NCBI GenBank assembly: GCA_035084275.1
Contig: CM068755.1
Span: 11,408,001-11,472,000 of the forward strand
Reading direction: 5' to 3'
Origin: Hydrolagus colliei
Taxonomy: Eukaryota
DNA length: 64,000 nucleotides
Shown: positions 36,882 to 49,300 of the stretch, piece after piece
Layout: each line of letters opens with the position of its first letter
How positions within the stretch are numbered: position 1 is the first letter of the stretch
Notes under the pieces: generated by a model
What the model was told of the DNA's origin: nothing
Databases searched by the model: none
The model's input: only the letters and a program-made list of their open reading frames with translations
Program-made: the position numbers and the translations under genes

Positions 36882-39800
36882 GAATGTTCATATGTTACAC
36901 TGATTAATAAACTTAAAGTGCACATGTAAATATATAAGAAACAGACAATGTCAATTCTTCTCAGGATTCTAGCAGAAATAGTATATTATAAACTGCATCA
37001 TGAGAAATAACGACTGGTAATTAGAATAAAATAAATCCTCTAAAACATGTCAGGTAATGGTGGTTAAAGGTTTAATTTTATTAAACTGCAATAAAAAATT
37101 AAAGTCACACATTCTTTCTAAACATTTTGATTACATACACAGCACAGGTAGTGTTTTCATGATTATATCTGCAGTACAAACTGGGTTTATTGTAAATTGG
37201 TGTAAGCTGAAGCAAGTTTTACAAAATATTCAACATCCTCAGAAGAAGTCGCAACTCTAACTATCAGTAGTTAGGAAGGAGTGTTGGGTAAATTAGACAA
37301 ATCCCAAACTTACAACAAATTATATAATGCTATCATAGACAAGTAGACCTGGAACCTTCCTTGGTAATTTTATTACCAAATATCATGCTCCTGTACTGTA
37401 CTCTGAAGAAGATAATAATTAGACATTTGTAAAACATTTTGGCAAGTGTGTAATAACATTTTAAGTTTAAATAGAAAGTATAAGGAAATTTAAAACAGAA
37501 ACTTTGGTAGTAAAAATAAAAGTCCCAGCAAAAAATATTCTTTATAACACACAATGTACAACATTCAGTATTGCACTTCATAACAGAAAATAAATATATA
37601 CAAGTAATATGTTACAATGATTTTTTTCCTTTAATTTATGCACAACCTTCAGCAAAAGGTCAAGACCCATCAATGATTAAAAAAAAGCAAAAGCATAGGG
37701 TATTCCATCAAGTGCATTGACTGAAATATTATTCAGCATCCTTATTTTATTTAGAAAGATCAACTTAAAACAGCTGTATACATAAACTATTATAACATTC
37801 ATCAATGTAGAAACATATGAACAGATGATATTAATGTGCTGATTGCTAATAATACTGTAACACTGAAATACATGCAATATTGTTAAACACGCACACTTAT
37901 TTGTTGACCAAATACTGTTAACAGAAATCCTATGATGTGTCAATCTCATTTACAATAAACATCAATATGAAACTCAACACTGCGCATGATTAACTACCAC
38001 ACAGTTATTTCATTATTGTAAATCCCTTTGAATATATTTCCTCTTTTTTCCATAAATTTTAAAATATGTTTTTTAATTAGCAAAACAAATACTCTATATC
38101 TAACACTCCCATTGTAAAACTCAAGTCGACGTACAGTGCTTGTCAAATCAACCCAAATAAGTATTGTAAGGCAAATAATAATTGTAATGGGCAATTAGTG
38201 GCATAAATTAATCAACCTTTCCCTTGCCTGTAGGAGCTTAATGCTGCAGTGTTTTGATTGAGAATCCCAAGGTATAGGTTTCCACTTTGCACTTCCTAAC
38301 CGTAGGCTCTGAAACCAATTCTAGTATTCCTACTGTTATACAGTAATGGATGTGAGCAATAACTTCAATAAAGAATGAAGATGGGTCTTTCATAACCTGA
38401 ATGACTCAGTTTGGCAATGCATAATCTCACTGAATGACTGAATATTTTGTAAATATAAATAATGCTAGTGGTCTTTGTTACGATAATTAAAACAGGACCT
38501 GTCTTTGTATTCACAAATATTCTGTTCAGAAAATATCTGTTATACAACATGGATCTGTTGGGCTTCTAACACAATGATTTATAGTTATACTTTCCTGGAA
38601 TTAAACCAGCATTCAATGCAAAGGTTGCAGTCACAGTAAACCTTGCAATGTGAGAACAAAACAAACACAAGGCAACTGGAAATAAAACAAATTCTGCAAG
38701 TGTCCCTTTTACTGCCTGATCTTTTTATCTTGCTTACTCACTTTAAATGAAGCATTACTTGTATGTAGATTGAAAATAAAGAACTGTATTGTTTTTCGAC
38801 CCAGATTCTGTAAGCAAATTCACTTGTCTTATATGCTTGGGGGAATTGCAACGGAACATACGGTAAGTGCGTTAAAGCTAGAAAATGCAATCAGGTTGGT
38901 CCTGAAGCGTGGAAATTGTTTCTGTATGGAGAGAGGTCATCAAGTCCTCAGTCTAGGGGGAGGCTAGGGAGAGGGTCAGTCAGCATGGATGGAGGTTCAT
39001 GTAAAGTATAAACACCAAAATGGACTAGGATAACTGAATATACAAATCCCATAATAAGGGAATGAAAGGGGTTTACAGTAATAAAAGGGATAAGATTTCC
39101 CATTTTGGCATTGTTGATTCCATGTCATTCCATAATTCAGTTCTATGTTTATACATGCCGACTTCTACCCTTTTGTTATTACAGTAATTGAAATGAGCAA
39201 AACTATGAGCAAAATCAGCAAAAAGATGGAAACAGGAAGGTTTTGAATTTCATCGAACATTCCCTTTTGATTTTAATTATGTAGGTTTAAAACATATTTA
39301 TACCACAAATTACGTATTATAATTCTGGTCTTGGTTTCGAACACCTATTGATTGAGGTGTCCTTTTTAAAAAAGGATGTTTTGGACATAAATATATAATC
39401 CCTGGAGCCTTACAGCACCGTAAAGATTAGCGAACAACATAGCTGAATTCAAAGAGCACAAATACATGACTGGGCTTGAATTGAAACACATCGTCATAAA
39501 GAAAAATAGTAATTTGATGGGGCTCAGTTTTAATGTTTCACTCTGCAAGTGACTTAATTGTCATCTGACTTGTGTGCTGTTCTTAACATGAACAATGGCA
39601 AACAGATCTGCATCTACTAATGATGTAGACATATACAAGTTTAAAATCTAAATGACCAAATTCTTATCCTTTGGTTAGTGTTTGCCACAACTGCAAACAC
39701 ACCTGTATACACAAATTCCTGAATGAAGGAATGAAAGAGGTTTACAGCAATTCAAAGGGTAAGTATTCTTGTTCGTTGTTCATTATTCATCTGGATTGAA

Positions 39801-40266
39801 AGCTGTACTATTGCCCCTATCTGGATACCATAAAAAATAACAATCCTCTAGAATTGATCAGATGATCAAGGTTTTGTTCCAGGAAGTTAATAATTCACAT
39901 ACTAACTCCTGTGAAATTTTACAGTAACATAAACAGAAGCTTCTGTGGAATGTGTCCAGTTAGAAATATTACGGATGTCAAAACCCATATATTAAAAAAA
40001 TCCCAACATTCATCTTATCAAATTCAAACGGAAACAAGTCATTGTGTTAAGAGTAAACCAGTACATATTTGTCTTGCATACATTTCAATTGATCAACACA
40101 GCAGTATAATTTTTGTGCATTTCTGTATGTACAAACCTACTAAAATATTTTCTTCTACTAACTCGTACTCAGTGCTGCAGTCAGTCAATCCACACCGAGG
40201 GCTGCCAATGTTGAAGGTGATTCCAGACCTTTGTGAAGACAAGCCACGGGACACTATGTGTATTAA

Positions 40267-40382
40267 TTAAACCATCCTGCAGGAATCACAGCATCTCTGT
40301 CTGTAGGTTTTCAGCTGACACAGTCTCAGACGTTTCACAAGAGCACAATAACGCGTTGTATCTTTACAATCTCCTTCAGAAG
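40267..40382 (-). CDS. ADAMTSL3: ADAMTSL3 terminal coding exon, PLAC domain
   Basis: TTTCAG acceptor, [12 protein letters not shown]...CCDSCRMV then TAA at 40269-40267. Confidence 0.92.
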
Positions 40383-43300
40383 CTGAAAGCAAGATATTTA
40401 GCTCTAAATAACTGCACTTTCACAGCATGAAAAACAGTTCTGTTTGTATCGTCAACCAATAATGATGAGATTCTAACAAATTTGATATTATTTTAAACAA
40501 ATAATGGTACTGTATAAGGCGTTACATTTTAAATTAAGCAACTGTTTGATTCATCTCGGTTTGTTTCAGTACAATGCTGGACGTACTTACAGTCACAAGA
40601 GGTTACATTGCAACGTTGCCAAGTTATTGGTCTCCTTTGCCAACCACAATCCTGGTCAGTCACAACATTGTTGTTTCTTTTATTGGTACAAGCTACCCAT
40701 CGAGACTGGAAACCATTCCCGCATGTTGCTGTACACTGTCTCCACGGGCCACTTCTCCACTGCACATTGCATCTATCTAATTTACATCGTCTTGCAGAAA
40801 CAGGCCTGAGAATTGGAACACGTTAGTAGTCAAACTGTGCTTGAAGCAGAAAGCCTCGCCTTATATAAGAGGAAACATGCACGAGGGAGAAGAGAATTTG
40901 GGGGGATGCGGGAGGCATGTGTTGGCTCCTGTGGAACATGTAACACAAAGTTGGGCCGAATGGCTTGTTTTGTGTTGTAAGATTTCTCTGTAGTCACAAA
41001 ACAAAAATAGTGACAGATAACAGAAGTCGCTGGGAACACTCAGCAGGTCAGGCGGCATCTACGGAGGAAGGAAAATGCTCCCGGCAATTACAGTTTTCTT
41101 TTTCAGATTTCTGGCATCTGAAGTATTTTGCGTTTAGTGACGGATAGTTTGTTTGGATCCTTCCAAAGACTCTACGGTTTGAAAGATGTTTTAGCCTGAA
41201 AATGTAGCCTGTTGAGAATATGGGAAATTAATGTATGACCTGAAACTTAACCTATTCTTCCAGGGAACATCAGTTATTTGTTCTCCTTCCAATGAGAGAG
41301 AGCAGATTCTACAATCAGCATACCCAGAGGATCTGTGATGGTTATTATAATTATGATATAATTATAACAATACTTATTCCCAAGCATATGCTTGGACACA
41401 CTAAAACAATACATCACGCACAAGCATGATCAGTAAATTTAACTCCAATAAACACATTTGCCTTGAGGGAAAACATTAGCTTAATATATTTACATCTTTG
41501 AAGCAGCACACACCAAGGCTTCAAATCCCTAATGATTCTGCTACACAAGCAGCAAAATATTCTCTGTACATCTATCCACAAACAATGTGAAAGTCGCATT
41601 CTGGTGAAGTCTCAATAATGTCATGTTGTCTTTGAGAATATAATTATTGAGAGAAGTTAAAACTACTGATGGATTGTTAGATTTTAACAAGAACAAAGTA
41701 TCAATTAAATATTCATGAAATCCTCCCAGAATAAACAACTGGCTTTTTACTTATTCCAATGAATCTCTTTTCAGTCGTGAACAATTTTAAGGGCCTGCTT
41801 CAAATTATTTTGTTCATTTTAAAACGGCATCTGCAATTTTCTGAAGGTTTGTTTGAATTAACCATTATTAAAAAAATGTTAATTATACTGAATTGCATTG
41901 AATAACTGAATGTTAAAGCCGTCTGATACAATCTGCAAATTGCTTTCAATTATTCTATACCACAAAGAATCTAAGTGGTACTTATAGCTTGAGTGAAAGT
42001 GGCATATAAAGTGGTTCTTTTAATTGCTCGGTACCTCTTTGTTTCATCGCAAATGACTTCTGTGGTTGCCGTTCCATTTGTAAACTGGCATACAACCCGA
42101 CGATGCTGCACAGCAAAGTTTTGAGCCACACATCGACCAGCGCACTGCAGAACAAAAAGTGAACTGGTGAGCTTTCGAACAAAATGACTGTGCTGAACTT
42201 AATACTGACCATTTAATTGTGGTTAACTTTGTTTTACTCGCAATCTGAAACTGTTCAAAAATTAATGGGAGTAGAAATTCCACCTGGGTCTAGATTTATT
42301 CTATTCTGTAAACATTTTAGAGTATCCAGAACTTGGCAACTTCTTCAATACAATTTTAATTCTGAAGCCGGAAAAACATTTGAGATTTCTAAGTACAATG
42401 CTCTCTTTGATTCCCTTTCACTATCTATCACCACTCAAGGTGATCTACATTTTAATGTGCCATGGATTGTTTTCAGGCATTTGAAAATTTACCACAAGTA
42501 GCAATAGAGCTTCTGTTTTTGGCATCTTCCCGCAGGTTGGTGCTGTGGCCCTGCCATCATCAGGTGCTCCAGTCAAGACTCAAGTTGCCACTGGTGATTG
42601 GAGTAATCACATTAGCTTCTCACCCCCCTTCTCTCATTAGCTAATTTATATTTAGCCTACACATTTTCCATCCATTTGGCATCTCTGCTCAGCCAACTAG
42701 ATATGAATGGCAAATGCTTTTGCTATTTACCCAGCACCTTGGGATGTCCTCCTGATGTGAAAGGCGCTATTTGAGTGTAATTGTTGTTGTTTTGATTTGG
42801 AACTCCACATTTGAGTTTTCTCGTCCTGTTTTTCTCGGTTATTCGCCAGGTTTATGCGCTGTGCCCTTGGGTATATTATTTATTTGTTCCTTCCCTTTAT
42901 TTGCAGCTTAGTGCAACTATTCATGGAACACTCAATGTGCATTAGGGGGATTACAGGATTTGCTCATTACCTTGTGGTTGCTGCAGGACTAGTTCAGCAT
43001 GGAGATCTTCACTGCTCCAAGCAAAACACATTAAATGTTCCCGAGAAGTTTGCATATCATATACATATATAACAAAATATTTTACTCCCTCCTTTACTAC
43101 TACGATTTTGTATGAAATCTGAGCCAACAGCTATTATTGTTCATGATAAAACCTCACCAAATGAATTCGCTTGAATTGCATCTTTTCTGACAGGTTAGGA
43201 AAACAGATCTGGGAATAGCAAATGCTTTTAATCATTTTATTATAATAAAAATAATAATCCTTGCATTTGATATGATGCCCTATCACATCTTCGAGACATC

Positions 43301-46300
43301 TCAAAGCGCTTCACAGAATACACTGTAAAATGATTTGACTGTCTATTTTGTGGGCGAAACATGGCAGCCAATTGCACACAGCAGTGTCCCACAAACAGTA
43401 GTGGATCGAAATGACCGATTTTTTTTTAAGGTGTTATTACCCCTGGAAAAGTGATTCACCAATCATCTAACAACTGGTTTACCATTTATTGGAAAGTACA
43501 TACAGGGGTGTGGAGTAAGGAAATTCGTCCAACATTTCACCCTGCTGGGAATCGAAGCCAAGCCTCTCGTTTGCGAGGCAAATTCAAGTAAAACAGACAG
43601 AATGTGTGTCGTGAAAAATTGGCTGTAATATACCACATACTGCAGTTGGGAATGGGGTCAAATCTTCTGCGATTGGTTTTGTAAAAGAACAATACTGAAG
43701 GAATCTCAGATGTGTCACAGTTGTCTCCATTTGTTACTCTGACACCAACCTCCTAGGAACTCAAAACCACGATTGCTACTCAAATGGAGTTTCTACAATA
43801 CCACGGGGATTCAAATTATAAATGCTAAAGAACCCTTGCATTTTATAAAGCACCTTTCACATTTACAGAAGGACTTTTCAAAGCATTTCAAAGAAATGAC
43901 TGGAAAGTGTAGCAACTGTATTTTGTAGGCAAAATACGCAAGTCAATTTGAGCAGAGGACTGTCCCACAAAGAGCTATGCTGTGAATGATTTTATATGTT
44001 GAATTCTTGGCCAGGAAACCAAGATAAACGCCCTTCTCCACCACCTACCACCCAACCACACCCATTTCATCCACCTAAATAGGCAGACGGCAGTGTCATG
44101 ATTTCGACCGCAAATGTGACTTTAAAAAAATCTTGTACTGTTATTACTGTTATTATCGCTCATGTCAAAGAGCACAGAATAATTCCTACTAGAGATTTAT
44201 ATCCTTACCTCTTCCCAAATTGCAGTTTTCCACTCTGCACAGGACTGCATTAAACAATCCTCTTTGGCAGCAGATGGTTTTGCCTCTTTACCACATTTCT
44301 CCGGAAGTAAAACTCTTGATGTTCCATTGGCTGTCATCTGCTCACATATCACTTGCTCTTGACGGACACCCTTCCCACAGGTCACTGAACACTCTGTCAA
44401 TGCTGTGACAATCCACCTGGAGCACGAAGGTCACCAAAACAACAACAACAACAACATTACACTTGTACAGCATCATTAAAAGCATCATTAACAAATTTTC
44501 AAGTGAAATTATGTCAAGCTGCAAAACTCTCATATCCAGTCGAATAGTATTAGCCTGAAGTCTAATACTATTCGTTGCTTATGATTAAACAAAAATTTAG
44601 TTCACTTTGCATTACTGTTGGTTAAAACCATGACTTCCTAACTAGACACTTATTATTAAGTTTGAATTCAAAAGATACTGGCCATTCAACTAGGTGCAGG
44701 AAATCTTTAGTGTTTGCCAAAAATACTTGACAGAAGCGTTCCACCTCAGAGAACAGAAAGATATTTTTTCCCCCTCCTGCTACAATTGTGCTTCTGCTCA
44801 TAAACTTTTATGACGGGCCAACTTCACTCTTTTGGGGTCACTCTCCTTCTTCCTGCAATGCTCTGTATTTCTTTTGCTTGAAGAAATTTATCTTCGTTTT
44901 GGAGAAAATGTTGTCCAGGCATTTCAAAGCCAATTTGTTGTAAGTGCACGGCTTGAAACCAAGGAAGCCTTTTCCCATTTAATACATTATTTGGCTAAGA
45001 CATGAAGTTCACATTCCACAGAAAAGTACTTTACACCTTGGTAGGATTTTGGATGCCTGTCTGATTCCAGTTCTACCAGTAAAGTGAAGCTTGTCTTGTT
45101 ATCAATTGTTAGTGCTTAGTTTGCCGTCGGGCTGTTTTTTTTAGGCTTTGTTACATTCAGTGCAACAAGTACTGGATAAAGCCAGAGACAGTTGTAATAA
45201 GAACATATGTCATTTCTATCCCGATTTTTGTTGCCAGATCCTCACATTTAATTTATTAAACTGTATCCACATTTCAGCCAGTATTGAAAAGAAATCGAGC
45301 TACTGCCAATATAGTGGGGGATGTTACACCCTGCAGCACTAATTATGAAGCATTTATTCTCCAAATAAGCGTCTATAGCTTTCATTCCAATAGGATATCA
45401 GAAGCAACCTCCTACACCAGACTATTCCAGCTGGCTTGGTGATGCAGCCAAATATTTGCACAAGAAGAATCTATGAATCTATTGGCAGTGCTTAACATAT
45501 TGCCAATTATAAAATTAGGAGCAGATAACTGTGCAAATGTCACAATATTGCAATGGTGCACAGAGGATAAGTCTGCTCTGTGTTTAGGTAGGATTTAAAA
45601 GATTTTAAGAGATACATTTTTTAATTAATAATTTTTAATGCTGAATATTAAAAATAATTCAAAATAATAGTTATGCCAAAAAATGTTTATTGCAAATATT
45701 TCTGCTAGCTGGATTTTTAAAAAAGTTTAAATAATTCTTAGATATTAACATGGGTAAAACTATGAACAATATTTACCAATTGACTCCTAGAGATTAGATA
45801 CTTATAATGCCAATGGTTGCACTTTTTTTTATTGCTGATCATCATAATATAAATCCTTGCATTTAATATACAGTAACAAACGCTTTATCACATCAGTGAA
45901 ACATGTCAAAAGTCTTCACAGAACATATTGTAAAGTGGATTGCTATTTTGAAAGCTTGCGCCCGATATCCTATTGAATTCAACTAGGTGCAGGAAACTCT
46001 GTGGCCAATATAATTACAGTACAGCAGTGTATGGTGATCACATTTCATACTGACAAAAGATGAGTGAGATATTGGGAAGAAGCCATTGCATTTTGCACTT
46101 AAAAAGGGGCAGATGAACCAAATAAAATTACATAGCTGAAAATGTTAGCATCTTCCTATTTATTTTCTTTCGCATCTCAAAAACACCTGTGCCATGTTAT
46201 TCTCATTAAAGCCAGAGCAGAACTGGCGCATTTAAAGGTTACTCTGGAAGATTGGAACTAAGTTCGCAATCAATAGCTCCTTGCAGGCTGGAGTTCAGAT

Positions 46301-49300
46301 TATTATTCAAGACAAGCATGAAAGCCTTCATTGTATGAAGAAGCCTGTGAGGCTTTCAAAGGCATGCTAACAATTTACCATATTAAATTAATGCTGTGAG
46401 TAAAGTTCAAAAAAATACACATGGGTAATATAAAAATCAAGCGGCTGGTGAAAGAATATGTGAAAACACATGAGCATTTTCATACATATAATCAATCTCT
46501 ACATAATAATATTCTGAGAAACTTTTATCATTTTAATAGTTTTTCTGGATGTACTATGAAGACCCCACTAAGGATTTCAATACACGCTGTGGAACTGTTA
46601 TATTTTGATAATACCCTATGTATGGAAGTGATAAACTAGCAAATTTGCAACACAAGGTTTGAGCAGTCCCAAGTATGTTTGTGCTGGACCAAAGTCTAAT
46701 TCTGCTGGATATGTGCATTGCTCTCAGCTGTACAGCCCAGATGGTCACAGGTTCAAATCCTGGATTTGCTGAGTAAAGTGATCTCAGCAAGTGCAGCAAC
46801 TGCAGTTTTGCTCCTACAGTACTTACCCTGGGTAAATAAATGAAAATACATCTGGGCTCCCATTCCCAATTGTTAACAACAGCCTGTATTTATATAGCTC
46901 CCTTCACATAGCGTAGCATCTGAGCGCTTAACAACGAGGAAGTCGGACACTGAGTAAGGGAGAAGTGATGTAGGAAAACAAAGTGACCACAGGCTTGGTC
47001 GTAGAGATAAGTTTAAGGCGAGATTTTGAGGTAGGCAGGGTGCAAAATAGAAGTGTACAGGGAGGGAGTACCAGAGATTAGGGGCATTATGGCTGAAAGC
47101 TCTGCCACTGATGGTGGTGGGGAGGATGTGAAGGTTGCACAGCAAACTGGCTTTAGGTGAGGGAATGGATGGCCAGAAGAATGGGGTAGCAGGAGATCAG
47201 AGAAAGAAGGAAATGCTAGGGCGTGAAGGGAGGTAAGTAAAGGTGAGGATACTGAAGTCAATCCAACAGAGCCAGTGGAGCCTTGCAAAAGAGTTGGTGC
47301 TTATAAAGAGCTTATAAATGTTAGAACTCGGGAGACCGCCAAAGAGTGCATTTGAAACGTTGAGATGATATTTCTCAGCAAACATGTTTCCTGTTTCCCA
47401 CCTTGAAAAGAAGCCAGTTTTCACATTTTAGTCAAGTTACAAAGCTTTTGTAATGCACAAAAAATGGAAGAGAAAATCCCTAAATCTACAGTTATTCAGC
47501 CCAGCAGTGCTGCGCTGTAGAACCAGAATCCCACTACTTTATTTCCTAAAGGAAAATATTGAGTCACTTATTCATGAGACTGTAGCTTTTTTGAGAAATA
47601 TAAAAATATTTGAAAATTTTTGATAGTACAAAATGTTTTTGTAAGCTCTGATGTACAAACATACTGTGTGATCATGTCAGAGAGAGTTTCACTTTCTTAA
47701 TTTTTTTGGTTTAATAACAATCTGTTGACATCATGCTGTCGAAACTGATTAGATCAGGACAATAAAAACAAGAGTAGGAATTCCCAAAGGGTGAGTCCAG
47801 CCACAAATAAATGAATACGAAATCAAGTAAGCAGAATTTGTTGGAAGATCTCCAGTTACATCCCGCTAGGGACAGAAACAGAATGCAAAATCCAACACAG
47901 GCTAGAACTAGCCCTAAAGTAAGAACAGTGCTGATTCCCTAAATATTAGAGCAGAACCTTTGGGTAATGTTTACCATAGTGCGAATACCCGAACCTCAGA
48001 AATCTGCCCTCTCTCCAAAATACTGATATTCATTAAGTAAATTCAACACCATCAAATCCGCCATCGTGGCATATTCATTCTCATACCCCTGCCTTTGGTA
48101 ACAAAAAAATGACTATCTTGATTTTGTTTTGTACAGTACTCTGCCTATAGTTCACAAAATAAACTTACAGTTTAGCTTCAAAGTTAAAGACAGTGGTTAA
48201 AAAAATAAATCAAATAAATCTAGATACATTAATGAATTGTTGAATTATCTCTCCCATTATCGTTAGCCCTCAAACCGGTCATTATTATTGTTGACTACAG
48301 AGCACGTGCAGTTTTGGGGTCTGTGTGTTGATTTAATGATACATTTTGTCCAATTTTTATGACAGATGCAGAGAATCAATAATATTTGAAACATCATGCA
48401 AAACAACATAAATTGTAATAATTCTGTTGCATACCTGGCAGGACAATCTTGTGTATTACAGAGCTGGATAATTAATGGGAGTTTAGGAAGTTCTTGGCAT
48501 GTGGACTCATTCATTTCAATTCCATGGTTGTTAAGGCAGCGCAGTTTTCTGTACTGGATTCCTGTGTTCCCACAGGTTGCTGTGCAGGAAGTCCACTCAC
48601 CAGGAGCCCACGTAAAATCTGCTTGAGAGAAATATTACAAAAGGAAGATGTCTTGGGTAATGAGAATATCAGCACTAGATTAAAATATGGAAGGTTACAT
48701 TTCTCATGTGAGTGCTAATATTTATCTTCCACAGTTAAAATTTAAAAATTGGCAAAAAAAAACCCTCACAAAGTAATGAATTGTTTCCTGAATTCTAAGG
48801 TGGTGCTACTCAAATATGCTACAGGATCTGAAGAGGCAGGGGAAGGAGGGGGAATGGGAGGAATATTCGGAGATGGAGTTCATCTATCACATTTTCTGGA
48901 ATAGAAAGTGACACGATGCTTCTTAGTACAGTATTGCCTTTTCTAACATTTTTATAAAGCATGTCAAAATTTGCTTCACTTACATGTGTCAAGTTAGTCA
49001 AACAACAATCAATGAGGCATTTTGTGAGTCATGACTGGCACAAGGAATCCATTCAGTTTATCCATTTCTGAGATGACTTTAACAAATTGATTAACGTTAG
49101 ATAAATCTCTAACTTTCAAAGGTGTCTCATGTAACTTGTCAATGAATGTATATTGTTGTGATCAAACTGATAGGCTCCAGATGTGGCCCACAGATGACAG
49201 CATGACTCAAAAACCTCCCATGCTCTTTCGTCTAATTATTTAAGCATCTGTCCCATCTGATCTCACGTGGATTCAGTCCCTCCAAAACCCCAGTGATTTA

